A program made the translations under genes and the position numbers. A DNA stretch of 64,000 nucleotides, from positions 4,712,001 to 4,776,000 of the forward strand of contig NC_092671.1 in the NCBI RefSeq assembly GCF_964355755.1, read 5' to 3'. Shown piece after piece: positions 15,701 through 30,700 of the stretch. Under the pieces are notes generated by a model. The model ran no database searches. It was not told the origin of the DNA and saw only the letters and a list, made by a program, of their open reading frames with translations. Source of the stretch: Antedon mediterranea (taxonomy: Eukaryota > Animalia > Echinodermata). How positions within the stretch are numbered: position 1 is the first letter of the stretch; every line of letters begins with the position of its first letter.

Positions 15701-18700
15701 AGGGTAGAGGTAAGAGAGGCGAAAGAGGAATAGATGGCACTCAGATGTTTGCTTTGAAAGTGAGTTAGGAACACTTTGTTAGTAAATGTACACCTGTTAT
15801 GTCATTGTTAAAGCTCTGCCAACACTATCAAATTGTATTTGTGCCCATATATGGATATGATGATACCCTATCACTACCATATTTGGGTATATCACACATT
15901 TTTGTCAAACTATTTTGATAGTGCAGACAAAGCTTTAATGTACTATCAAAAAAATAATTTCAATTACAGCATTTACCAAATTCTACAAATTCGCAAACGT
16001 ATTTGTTAATTTGATCACATGACTTGACATTCCAGGTGCCAGATGACATCATCACCACGCAGTCTTGATCATCTTCTTCGTTAATTGGTTCGTCGGGACC
16101 CCATTGCTGCTGTTGCCATGGTGATGTGACGTTGCAGTCACCCCAAAAGAAACTACCCTCCTCAACTTGGTCATTTAGTCCTAAAAAGAATTGTATGATT
16201 ATGGTTTAATTTTCAATAATATTTTAAAGAACTTAAAAGAACGATTGACTGATGGCATTAAATATTCTATAGTGGAACAAATGTTATCATCTGAATACCA
16301 AGAAACATGCAGAATGGGCAGATATATGAAGTGGTCTACAAAATAACACAAATATTCCAAAATTGGAAAGATTTTTTTTTTTACTTTCTTCTAGCCACAA
16401 TAAAATACTATACAAAGTCATTTAATATAGCATATTCATTATCATTACCCAAACATTATTGTAATGGATAACGGATTCATATTTTTAATGCACTTTCTAC
16501 AATGACAACAGTCTAAAAAATTAAATGTTGCAAAAACTTTCATCTTTCTTGAAGTATACCAATAATGTTTGGTTTTCTAAATAGTCTAATTTGTCAAATG
16601 CAATTTATGCCAATTCAATTATACAAAATGTGAATATTGTGTAAATTACAAAGACCTACCAATCCAAAGATCTCCACTTGTCCTGTCCATCAGCATGGTC
16701 TTCTCTTGTTCATCTTCAATAATTACAAGAACCGCATCATCTTCCATACACTTTCTCTGAGCATCTGTCCATGTTACTGACTCGCTGCTAAACTTGTAAC
16801 ATACACCATTGATCTTCTCATATTTATACGGACACTCTCCCTCTGGTAAAAAAACGACTTATGATTATAGTAGTGAAATATGTGTGCAATTTAGGCTTAA
16901 AATATCAAATAATTATCCAAACCAAAAGTAAAAGAAAGTACTGAAAATTCATTAAATAGAGTACAACTAAACAAATTTTCAAGCATTTAATAAATAATTA
17001 CTAATATTTTGGCTTTTGGTTTATTCAACATTCATACTAAAGCTCTGTCTACACTATCAAACTATTTTGAAAAAGAAAGTGTGATGTGCCCAAATATGGT
17101 AGTGATATGACATCATGTTCATGAGCACATCACACTTTTTTGTCAAACTAGTTTAATAATGTAGACAGAGTTTTAGGCCCATGGTGGAAAAAGGGAAATG
17201 GAAGAACTGGCACCAACACCTCAAATGCATTCAAGCAAATCAGAAAAATGTAATAGGTCTTTTCTATTATGTAAAGATACTGTACCCACATGTATTGTCA
17301 AAACTAAAAGAAACATTGAACATAAAGGAAATAATAAAAAATAAATAATAATAAAATAATATATTGATGTATCATTTAATTTTTTTTTTCATTCATTTTA
17401 AAATATGTATCTCTCTGGGCATACCTGCTTTAACAAAAGTTGTTAATCTAACTGACTCGTTTGCTACAAGAGGCAGGTCATCATAAAATGCTTTTGCGTT
17501 GATCATAAACGTGTAGTTACTTTCTGGTTCCAACCCTGAAACCATACCATAACTTGCATTGCCCCCTGCTATGAAATGAGTAACAGGATCGTCCCCTCCT
17601 TCTGTAATGGTATAGCCGATGACGTCACATCTTTTAGGGGAAGGAGTCCATGTTAAGTTGACGCGGTTGTATGAAATAGTTGTACCGTCGAGCATGCTAG
17701 GGTTTTGCATCTTGGTGTCAATCCCTGTAAACAAATACCGTTCAAATATTATTAAAGATGCATTGTTTGTACTCCAAAAACATAATAAAATCAAACTTAT
17801 TATCAGATTATGCCATTTTGTAGTTTAAATAAAGTTATTCACCTCCGTCAAACTATTATGTGACATTAACATATTTGCTAAAAACATTTTTCTTTTTTAA
17901 TCTTTAATGCTAAATTCTATAGTAGTACAGTAGGCCTACTATAATTTATACTTTTTCACTAAATATATTTTTTATTTCAACTTAGAAAAAACAGAAGCCT
18001 TGCCGGTTGCACAATGATTTAAAAAATTTACAACTATAGCTCAATCCGATTCTTTTTTTTATTTTTTTTTTTCCCGTAGGATCATCCACCATTATTGCAT
18101 TTTCTTCTCCATTTCATAAACATAACATACTATAAGTGCTAATATAAGTTTTGTATACCAATCTATAACAATTCTTTAAACCGAGGTATACTGTAAAATC
18201 CCATAGTAATTTTCATTTATTCTACATTTATTTAGTCATCAATTACAGTACATCATAATTACAGTACAACTGAAAACAGGGATCCTGCATAAAAAAGCTG
18301 TAGCTTCGTTTTTTTGTAGGACCCTTTTACATAAGAACAAGTATATAGAACTTAAATAAAACAAAGGTGTTGTTAGTCAGCATATAGTGATAAAAAGTAT
18401 TTTTTGACCTGTTTTTTTATACATTCATTTTGTTTCTTTAAAATAACCAGGTTTATTACCACCATTTCAAGTAAATTCTTTCCACAATTTTGGTCCATAT
18501 ATGTTGTACCTATGTTGATGTTATGATAATGTTAATAATGTTAAAATAAATGTTGAATTAAATTGACAAACCTTCTTTTGGAATTTCACAGATGTAATAA
18601 TTGGTACGTCCACAATTAGCATCATTCCACTGACCAGTAATGGTTAATTCACCACAGTGTTCGATGGTATTCAAATTTCCTGGTTGACCTGGTGCCCAGT

Positions 18701-21700
18701 TGCTTTCTTGCCATGTATTGGACATTGAGCAATCAGACCAGTACCAACTGCCTTCGGAAACGATGTCATTGAAACCTTTAAAAAAACAAGTTTACCAAAT
18801 TATAAATAAGGATAAGAAAGACTTTAATTACTAGCAAAAATTTTAGTAAAAATTGTTATAAACTTTCACTGAAAATCATATTGAAAAAAAAAACAATGTT
18901 TTCATAATTAATTTTTTAAAGATATTACTTTGTTTGGAAAGGTACTCTTCATTATATGTATTATTATCCATTTATTATTAATTTATTTATTTTCAGTCAC
19001 ATTCGACAGCCACCAATGGAACGGATTCAAAATATTTATAACAATATAAAATATTTAAAACATTATAACAATTTTAAACAATATCACATATCTTATTACA
19101 AAAACATTGATAACTATCCAAAAAAGTGTCAATGAAATTATCTTTTTCAATTTTTTAATTTATTATTCATTGTATTAAACATTATTTCTATTTATTAATA
19201 TCGTTTGCATATAGAAAAATACAAAAGAGTGCAAAGTACAACAATCTAGACAACACAAAAGAAATAAAAAAATAAAACAAACATCGTACCAATCCAATAG
19301 GTGTCCGTCAGGGTGGTGCGTCTAACGTACAGAAGCTCTACATTAGTGTCAATGTTGATAAGGTAGGCCCCATCTTCTGAACAATCATTCCTAGCTTCCT
19401 CCCAAGTGACAGCCTCCTTCACAAACTTATAACAGCTGTAATCATTTCCTTCATCATAGCCTAAGGGGCACATAACACCTGTAAAATAATCATATTTAGT
19501 ATGAAAGATTATGATTTGTTTAATATTATAAAGATTTATAACGCATGCAAAAGGAGAGACACAAGGTTATTGTTGACTGTTAAAAGTAAGTTTAAAAAAT
19601 AATATTTATACAAAATAAAATTAAAATTCTATTTAAAAAAAAAAGGGGGAATACACATTAATGGTAAAGTATGCCACAAATATTAATCATGACAAAAAAA
19701 GAAGCCACAAATATTATATATACATACCGGTTAAAACTCTTTCTACACTGTCCGCTGGTAAGGTTCCGTAGGTCACAGTTTTTGCTGATACGGAAAATTC
19801 ATATTCCGTAAGTGTGTCAAGTTTAAAAAACACTTTAGCGTTGCCCCTTGGATCATCTACGTCATAGTAGGTAGGTGATTCCCCAACTTTAGTGTTATTA
19901 ACAACGTAGCCAAGTACGTCGCACAGTCGGATAGATGGCGTCCAGTACATCTGCACAGTCGTTGGCTCCAAGAGATCCACACGAACAAAGTTTGGATTAA
20001 CAGAAGTTTCGTTTGAATCTAAAAAATAACGTTTTTTATCATAAATATACCGTAAAAAAAGCCAAAGGCGGCTCCTTTTTTTAGTGTTCTTGGGTGAGCT
20101 TCTTTTTAAGATGAGCTCCTTTTCGAAATAAGCTTCTTTTTTAGATTACTTTTGCAAACTAAAGAGGGGGCTTCTTTTCGAAATGAATGCTGTAAATTTT
20201 GTGAATTGCTACCACAATAACATGATTACCTGTCCATTTTACAATCACCATTGTAAACTGCAAAATAAATGTATGATATAAACTACATTATATCTGCATC
20301 ACAAGTTATCTCTGCATTAAATCACCTTGTTTCTTTGATATTCAAAATAGTCTATGTCGAAAAGAAGCCCATACTATCTTGGATTTTCAAAATAGGGTTC
20401 TTTTCGAGATTATTTTTACAACACAGTAGGCCTGTATATTGCATCTAGAACATTAGTGTTATTGAATGTTATGTATTTGTTGAATGGGCAGAATATCTGT
20501 TGAAAGATTTATTGTCCTATTTAACTCAGCTCTGCATTGAACAGTCAATCTTTCAAGTAATGAAAATATTCTCCCTATTCAACTTATAAACATTCATTAT
20601 TTCTGTACTGTTAAATGGTTACTTTACCTCTAGGAAAATATTCACATACGAATGCATTAGTTTCATTGCATGGTTGAGAATCCCAGCCATTGGCATCCAG
20701 CATCACTGCACAATTAGGTTCTGTATATGTATAATTAAGCTGAAAGTTGTCATATGCTGGACGTTGACAAGTGTTGATTTGTGACCATGTGTTGTCAGCA
20801 TCCCAATCATAGAGACCTATTGATATGGAAAGAAATAATACACAAATAATGAATGTTTTATTTAGGTGAAATATGAAACGTGATATGAGGCGAAGCTGAG
20901 TGAAAATAAAATATTAATACAACAGTTATTATAACATAATACTGTATAATGACACTAAGAAATTAAAGAAACGTTACCAATATAATATTTCTTTAAATTC
21001 CTATTATTTTTTGTATATATTTTTTTAACATGTAATAGTAATAATTTGAGATCAACCATTATTACTTACCAAACCAAATATCAATGTTGTTTGACTCTAA
21101 AATTGCATTAAGATTATCTTCAGCTTCTTCTGAATCAATAATAACTAGATCAGCATCGTGTGTCTGTAGACACTGCCGCCTTGCCTCTACCCATGTCAAT
21201 TCATCTTGATTCACTTGGTAGCATTTATTGTTTAGCACATTGAGTTGATAATTCAAAGGACATTCTGAAGAAAAAATACATGAGATAAGCTCTCGGAAAC
21301 TGAGTGAAATACTCGGCAATGTGTAGATAGTGACAGAGGGCGTGCTATTGAATATTTCGAACAATAATTATTGAAGATATAGAAATCTCAAGATTTTAAC
21401 AAAGCTTTTGTAATAATACTAGATTTTTCTAAAAATTAATAGGAATCTTTTCATATACATGTTTCCAAAAATTCAGGACAAAAACTTATTGATGTTGATA
21501 ACTTTTGACATTATTGTGCAAAAAACATACATACAGTACATACATACAAAGCAATTAGTAAAATAATTGGCAAATGTATTGCAAGCATTTTGGCTAATAA
21601 CATAGTAATAGTGGAATAAAAGAGAAAAAAGATAGCTTTGGAAAGCATAAGGAAAAAGGTTTACCTAGTTGGACATCAGTGGCATCTAAAAGTTTCAAGC

Positions 21701-24700
21701 TGCCCTCTAATGGACCCTCTACGAAAGCATAAGTGATTAGCTCAAAAGAGTAGTTGGTGGCAGGCGTTAGATTGCTTAACCTTGCTGAGGTCACTGTAGG
21801 CTCAAACATCTGGTCTGACACAATTGAACCATTGGATGATGTTATGAGTTGATATCCAGAAACATAGCAACCAAGCGAAGAGGGCGTCCAAGACAGATTG
21901 ATTAGATGTGCGGTTTTAGATGAGACCATAAAACGTGAAGGGTTTTGTTCATCACTACCAAAACCTAGATAAATGAAAAATATCATAGGAAAAAAAAATC
22001 ATTAATTCATGCCCTGAAACGATGAATACAGAAAATTTGGATCTGTCTAGTGCTTCCAACCAAGGGTTCATTGAAAAAAAAAAAATTTCATTTTAATCAA
22101 TTATCAATCAATTATATAAGTCAAAGATGCTCTCCAGTTGGCATGCCATCATGAGATGAGAGCGCGTCGTCTTGTATTAATTAGTCTGTACAGTTTTTTT
22201 TTTATTTATACATAATTTTACTTTCTATGGACCAAAGACTTCGAAATAAAAGATTGAATTTAATACCTTTATCTTCTTTGCATATGTATGGGAAAGTCTG
22301 ATTACACATATCATCAGTGTATTGTCCATCCATATTGAAGCGTACACAGTTCTCTACAGTGCTGTTTGTCGGTTCAGTCACAGCCCAGGATAAGTTACCA
22401 GCAGGAACGTATTGGCAATCCACCCAAACCCACGATCCTTCCTCCGGTAGGTCACTCAAGCCTGCCAAAAAAAATTGTAATTATAGTTTTTGACATTAAT
22501 TGGTTAGTAAATTTACTTAATATGTATCAAGGTTGAAACAAATGGAATGAATATTATATGAAGGACCTTATTAACATAATTGAATAATTTGAAAATATAA
22601 CAATAGGGTTAGTAATAATGTGATTTATTTATTCTCCTTGAGCATTTCAAATTCAATTTTAATTATAAACAGGAGTTTTATTATCATTTTTGCACAATTG
22701 GAAAAGAAAATGTTTGTTTTCTTTTTTGCACAACATTACTACTAAAGTCAAATATAGAAAATATCATTTACCAATCCACCAGTCTTGGTTAGCCTCAGTC
22801 ATGTAACGTTGTATGTATGCAGCCTCTGCTGCATCTTGTATGACAACAAGATCACTATTAGGTGTTTGAAGACAGTCTTGTCTGGCTACAACCCACGTGT
22901 TTGGTTCCTCTACAAACTTGTAACAAGTCTCACCATCATTACCAGCAATGTAACCATCAGGACAATTGTCTGTAACAATAAAATTTATCTAGTATTAAGA
23001 TTTATGATTTCTTTAAATATAATAATTAGTTGTGTTTATGTTTATGGGGTTCTTAGGAATTCTGTTAAATAAGATTTTATAAAACTTAAAATAAAAACTT
23101 TATATTATGTATATCTTTATACACCTTAATACATTTAAGAAAATAATTGGATGATGAAATTAATGTTCGAAGGCTCGAATCGAACCCCAACCAACATCAG
23201 AGTGGTCAAGAGGTATGCCAGATGCCAGAATGAATGTCATGGGTTCGATTCTCACTGAAAATGACGCATTTTTCACAATTCATAATGTAGTAGGGCCGAG
23301 TATGGCAAACATCTGGCCAAGAAAATGTTACTTACAAATCACTCGGTAGCTGATGTTAAAACCTTTAGCGTTGTTTGTACCATCACTTTCAAATCGTAGA
23401 GACAAACCATTCAAGTTACTATAAACATCATCAGGTAGACTGTTTCCAGAAAACTCCTAAAATACAAACACATATTAATGATTTCACAGGTAAAAATCTA
23501 TCTAATGGTCGTTTTGGAATAATATCTTAGTCAAGGCTAGCTTTGACTTTAGATTGATAGGAAAACCAATATTTGTTTGACTTTTTAAAAAAAAAAATCC
23601 CTGTAGCCTACTAGTTTTCCATTTTTGTAGTAAATTAAACTAAAAGTAATACAATTTTCTCTCTGGACAAAAAGCCCAGTTTTTTCAGTACAGTACTTTA
23701 GTGTATATTCTGTATACCAAATAAATAAAAAATATAATCTCAAAACACATCAATAATAATGGTTGATATTGTCATTCACACCAAATATTCTCTGTTTGAT
23801 CCGTCGCTGACACCACCGACAAACAACCGATCATAATACGATTCCGTCTCAAAATCATGGAAAGTAAGATGAACTCTGTAAAGTCCAGTGATTTGTATGA
23901 TCCAGATGCAGTCGGCATCATTAGGATAAGAAAGAGGATAGCTTGGTGAGGTTATTACGCCATGATCTTTAAATAAACTTTCAATTATACAGCCATCTGC
24001 AAAGAAAAAAGATATATAGGCCTATAAATTGAAACAATACAAAGAAAGCCCATTCCACTGCGCTTTGATGCGATTTTCACTGCCAGGATTTTAACCTTTA
24101 AAGTTATTTTTTCCAAAAAAGGGGCAAAAATCAGCTTGGCATGCATCACTGTCCTTAAGCTCTATCTACACTATCAAACTAGGTTGAAAAAAATATATAT
24201 AAATATGGATGATGTCATTGTGTCAATATATGGGCACATCACATTTTGTTGTCACATAAAGTTTGATAGTGTAGACAAGGCTTTAAACAGTATAATCTAA
24301 AGCTCTGTCTCAACTCTTACAGTCGTTTGTCATGACAAAGCTGACTTTGTATATATTTTGTATTTGTTTTTCTGTCGAATTTTTTCTTTACTGTCTACTT
24401 GCACATTAAGATATAAAAGAGATATAATAAAGTTCAGTTTAGTTCAGTACTGTTTATTTAATCCATTTATTTTGTAATTTTATTAAAAATCATGCACAAA
24501 CGCATTTTGATTGCTCACCATCAGAGACTTGAAACTTGAAGCCAGACACACTGTCTCTGATTGTAGCAGCAACCCACAGAGTGCTATCAGAAATGAGGAA
24601 CGATCCAACACTGTTCCTCCCTGTCAGAACCCTTTGCCGTGATGCCACATTAGCAGGGTTAGAGCCGGTTCCAAACTCAAGTGTTTCATACAGGTTTTCT

Positions 24701-27700
24701 ATCAAAGAAAAATATAAATACATGCAATTGTTATGATAACCAATCGCAATATAGCCAGCAACAATGTGACTTTTACATAACTACTTTGAAGTAGCTTTAC
24801 ATTAGGGAGCCACAGTTAATTGGTTAATGTTTGCCCAGCATCAGAGTAGGGCAAGCATTGACCAATTAGGAAGACGTGATTTTTTGACTGTTTTTACTTT
24901 ACTCTGCAATAGGGAACTATTAATCCTTTAGTTGCTGTGCATGTGGAAAGCTTTGTGATGCAGCATTTCTTCATATGTTACAGGCCTCACATATGATAAA
25001 TATGTGACACTGTAACACAGACCTTGCCAATGATACTGAACGAATTACTGATTAATATATTACTATACAGTAGAACACCTCCTTTGGGACACTACTATTG
25101 AGGGGATACCCTAATAAGATTCTCATGAAACAAATGAAGGGCATTATTTGCTTTAAAAGGGGACACTATTTAGACTCAAATGCGTCCCCTTAATAGGAGA
25201 CCTACTATTAATACAATTATATTACAATACCTAATACCAAATCTGTGAAACCCAACTGTATATGTTTGCCACGTGGTGCCTTTATAATCCACTGACAGTA
25301 GCCTTTGTCAGTTGACGCATAACTAACATCATATTTCTCTCCAGATGTCAATGTATACTCATGGATACAATCTAGAAAAAAGAAATATAATTTTAACTTT
25401 GACAAAAGAGATTAAATTAAAAACAATTTTTACACTTAACCCTGAACATTTTCTATGTTAATGTCAAATTAAATATTCAACGATAACCTTCTTATTTTGT
25501 CCAGGTACGACTGATTTGCGCTAGAGTGTTCTTCACAAAGGTATGCCAAGTGCAGATACGAAACAAGTTGGCAGTGACCACACTCTCTGCCATAATCATC
25601 TGTCAATGACAGCCCACAGCTCTTCTAAAGGACCAGGGTTTCAACTTCAATGTAAGTTCTTACAATGTGTCAGATTTTCTTTAATTAATGTTCAAGTTTG
25701 TAGCCAAATTTGTGCAAAGCCAAAGCATTAAAGGACAACTTAACCAAGAACCATATTTTGACAACGTATTAGGGATGTACATATAATTTCAGAACAATTG
25801 TGAGATTTACGATATTTCTGCGCGCAGCCTTAGAACCAACGGCGTAAATTGTGCTTAACAAATTCTACCTCATGAGTTTATTTTATGGTTCTTGGTAAAG
25901 TTGTCCTTTAACTCTCTACATGATAATTTTACTCTCAACTACCTCTATTTTTCTATTTAACTCTCCAAGATTTAACGCCATAACTACACACTATGCATCA
26001 TAACTCCAGAATATTAACTTACCAACTGCCGGAGACACTGTTAACATAAATCCTTTTCTCGAACCAGAAGAATCCGCATTAAATTGAATCCAGGCATTCT
26101 CAGAATCCAGGACAATGTCTTCTGGTAGATTTGAACCCGTGAAGATGGCGTACCTTGATGCCATGTTGGATGGATCGTTACCAGTTCCAATCACCAACAC
26201 ATCATAACTGTAAATGGTAGTTAAACAGAAGTATTATCATTATTTGCAGTAGAATTCCTAATAAGGGGACACCTTCAGGCCCCTAAAAAGTGTAGGATGT
26301 TCACTGAATTGTTAAAGCATAATAAAAATGGAAAATGGCCCCATAATAGGATTGATCCAAAGGGGGTGGGGGATTCTACTGATGATGATGAAATGGCCAG
26401 ATGGCCAATGTTATTGATCTATGTTTCCCCTATGTTACCTTTTTTTAAAAATTAAATAAACACTTTAACAGTTAAATCCCTATCCATATTTATAAATATA
26501 GAGGGGCGTTATCTTGTAGTAATATATCTTGAGTTTTTAGTATATTTATTCAACTTCACATGATGAAAAAGTTCTACTATAATCAACTTAAGATAAGGCA
26601 GAAAAAGTTGCAGGTCTAAAAACATAAGCAGTGAGTCAAGTCAACTTAACCTACAATAGGGACTTTATGAAACAGGAAGGGAAGACGGGAAGCCATAGGA
26701 TAGTGCTCAGGAAAAATTTATGAGCTTTAACAAAGTGGGCGGAGCTTAGCGTGAAATTCCTTCTTAACTTTTTGAGAACGATAAAGTTGTCATTTTCCCA
26801 TTTACGGAAAACTAGAAATAAAACTCTAAACAATATTTAGGAAATGCAAAAACAAATTTGACTGTCTTATCTATGAAATGTTGGATATCAGACAATTAAA
26901 ACCTAGTCTGAATAAACAAAGTGACTCTGTAAAAGCTAAGCTTTTCATTTGACAGGATGTTAGACAATAGGTCTTTTGTTATTTAAACTTTGACCCTTGG
27001 CTTGTGCTACTTAATTAGTTGTTGTTTTATATTTTATTCATTGGACTTGATAATGACCACATGATGGAGTCGAAACGTCGTTCTCTTTTAAGCGTTATTT
27101 TTATATTATATAAATATTTGAACTTCTAATTTAATTGTTTAATGAAATAACATTTTTATTCGGTTAAAATGGCTCTGTTAAAAGCATCGTTTAAATGCAA
27201 GGCCCTATAGCTAGGCCTACGCTATCACCAGAGCCAAGCAATTCAGAAGAGGATGGATCGGAGAAATATACTGCTGGTCAACGGGTGCGTAACTAATAAA
27301 CGGCTATGTTGACTGTATATGATTTTACGCTCTAGCGAACACCGGACATTCGTCGTCCACTTCCTAACCGTCGTGTAATACTTACATGTACTCAATATAA
27401 AAATCAGAGAAGTCTATTTTGAGTCTCTGCTCAGGATTTCCAATCAACAACCAAGTGTATACAATATCATTAGGATATTGATTAGGATACTCAGGACTTT
27501 TTATTACAACTGTGAGACAAAAAAAGAAAGAATCATTCAGGATTTATAAAACAGTAAATGAATACTACAAATAAACTGATCCAAGTGTTTACAGTGCGTG
27601 CCGTCATGTGTCGCAGCAATTTGATTTTAATATGTGATGTGATATTCTTGCCTTTTAAATATTAAATATTAACTAGAATTTAATTCGTCACTTTGACGAA

Positions 27701-30700
27701 TTATAGGTGATCATTTTTATCATTTTAATGAAATTAACATTTTTTAAACATGCATGTACGTTAACATGCGATCGTAAAAAGTTGATGTACGCCATCCTAT
27801 GACATGATGCATATACACTTATAGTGCTGAGTTGTACCTATTATGTGTCATATACAATATGTACAGTATATACTGTATATCTATATACAGTGTAGCATAG
27901 GTGAAATTATGGGACCCACATCATGTTCTAATTTTTTGGTATGATGGAATTATCGTAATAAACTCGAAGATGACAATTTCGAAAGATAATGAATTGAGCA
28001 AATAAATATACGGATTGGAAGAGAATTTGACACGTAGAAGCGCAATGCGCGCTCTTTGAAATTTGTATAAATTTGACGAAAGAGAGAAAAAAACTACTTT
28101 TTAACTTCAACTGACCATTTCATAATGTCACAACATCCGATAGGCCTAATTTTTATATGAATTCATATCTACATTTCATCAGCTTTTATAATAAATTATA
28201 ATCTTCAAGGTCACCTTTAATTCTGAAGAGCTGTAAGATATTCAAATATATGGTGTAGCTGAAAATACACGACCTAGGTTATTCAGGTTTTTACGCATGA
28301 TGCCGTCATCAAAATGAAAATGTTGACAACTCATGAGAAAGTTAATTAATTGAGCAAGCACATACTAAAATTTGTGCAAAAATTGGGTTCAAATAACGGA
28401 GATGCGCTCTATTGAATGTGATAACCCACACAAAAAGATAAAAATTACTAATTTTTTAATTCAAGTGGCCTTTTGATGACGTCATACCATTTTGTACGTC
28501 TAATGTGTATATACATTTATATCTACAACTCATTTGCTTCCATATTAAGTTAAAAAAATTGGGGGGTCATCTTCCATTCTGAAGAGTTATATTCATTTTA
28601 AAAAGGCCCTACTTTTTACCATTTTTAGCACTTTTGTACAATTAATGTGCGCATTTTGTCATTTTTAACGTGCTCGTATAGCGTTATTTTAAGTCTAAAT
28701 GGACTAAAAAACGGTGAATGTACTAAGGATGGTGCGTAAAATGGGATTTATATATCAAATTTTATTTTTTACGCTTTTTAAGTAACGCGCGCGCAAAAAC
28801 GTGTTTTTGCGCAGTAATTTTTAGGAACACGCAAATGGCCTAATTCATGCCCTAAATTGATCAAAACTCAATTTTGAGCTTTTTAAATTTTAAACACGCA
28901 ATTTCACGTGGATGACCTTGTAACACGTAAGTTTTTATTTGATAATATTTTTACCCTTCACCTGAACTTTACGTATAGTGAATTTTATTGATATGTAATA
29001 AAGAGTTATCGAGATATGATTGATAGTGTAATTTCACAAAATCGCGTATTAATGACGTCACGGTTAAGTGATCACGCTGAAAAGCTTATTATGGCTAAGT
29101 TAAAGTATTTGAAAGACATGGTGAAATTTTTGTGATCGTTGCCATTCAACTTTTTGAGATATTTGTTACACAAATTTGTACAGAGAGAAATAAATAATAA
29201 GAAAGAGAAGACTAGATTTGAACTCGTCACTTTGACGAGTTCGGGTTATCCGCGCATACGCAACATGCACATACTTTAAACTATATGAACCTCGACAATT
29301 ATTATGCCATCCTTTGACATGAAATAAATATGTTTACAGTGCTGAATTGTACCTATTATGTAGCATACATCATATTACAGTATTTTACAGAATAAACTGT
29401 ATGTTATATACAGTGTAGCATAGACGAAATTACGAGACCCATCTTTTAAATCCAATTATTAACACGATAACATCATCAAATTGACATATAAAGATAACCA
29501 TTTTAGAAGATAGTTATCTAAATAATTACATTAAAACAAATTTGAAGAATTTTGGGCACGTAAAAGCGAGATGCGCTCTAATTAATGTGATGAGCAATAA
29601 CGAAAGAGTAAAAAACTCTATATTTTACATTCGTGTGGCCATACGATGACGTCATAACATCCGAGGGGTAAAAATTCTGCATGAATTCATATCTACAACA
29701 TATCTACTTACATATAAAATTTAAAAAATTGGGGGTCGTGGATGATCCTGAGGAGCTATAATAGATTAAAAATAAGCATAATTTTGACAATATTTTGTAA
29801 CTTTTTCAACTAAAACGCACGCAAATGGTATAAATCAACGTGTTCGTATGACGTCATTTTAATTTGAAATGATGTCAATCTTTTTTAAAATGACTAGGAA
29901 AGACTGTAAAATTATAATTCAAGAGAAAAACACACGATTTTTATGCTCCGTGCGCACCTTACGCGTAATTTTTTTCGCGCGCGTGGGAATTTTTTACATG
30001 CTCAAAATCTCATGATCAGCGTAGAAAGTTGATTAGAAATTAATTTTGCGCATTTTTAAATTTTAAATGCGCGTGCGCGCGTAACTTCTTGTAAAACATG
30101 CCATTTTTAATCCATAGAAAGTTTGCCCAAGATATGACTTAAATTTTCACCAAGTGTCAATACAAAATAACTTTTGGTTTATAATCTATGATCAATCATT
30201 GAAATTCATAAAATCGCGCGTAACTTACGCTGCGCGACTCTAACGTCATATAACGAAGTTTCTTGCACATCTACACATACAGGTCAATCTTTTGACAAAG
30301 TTATACAATCTTATGTTCACAAGTAATAGAGATATGCTGGTCACAAAAATCCGGGAAAGAAAGAAGAACTAGACATGAAACTCGTCACTTTGACGAGTTA
30401 GTTATCCACTCGACAAACGTCACGTGCACGTCATACGTTAGAATATTGCACACAGAAAAATATTAAGGCATTATGAACTGAACTGAAGAATATGATATGT
30501 TGTTATTTCTGAATTCTGTTATTTTGTGTCATATACATAGTAACAGTACAATCTGTATACATTATCACAAACAGTGTAAAATAGGTGAAATTACGGGACC
30601 CGTATTTTATTGTAATTTTTAACATCTTGACGGTTTCAAAATGAAATGTAAAAGTAGAAATTTCTGAATGAAATTATCTCAGCAACAACGTATTAATGTG

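Noticed and set aside
1278-24736. Plus-strand ORFs overlapping exons of the giant gene
   Set aside because: Antisense shadows of the minus-strand coding exons.
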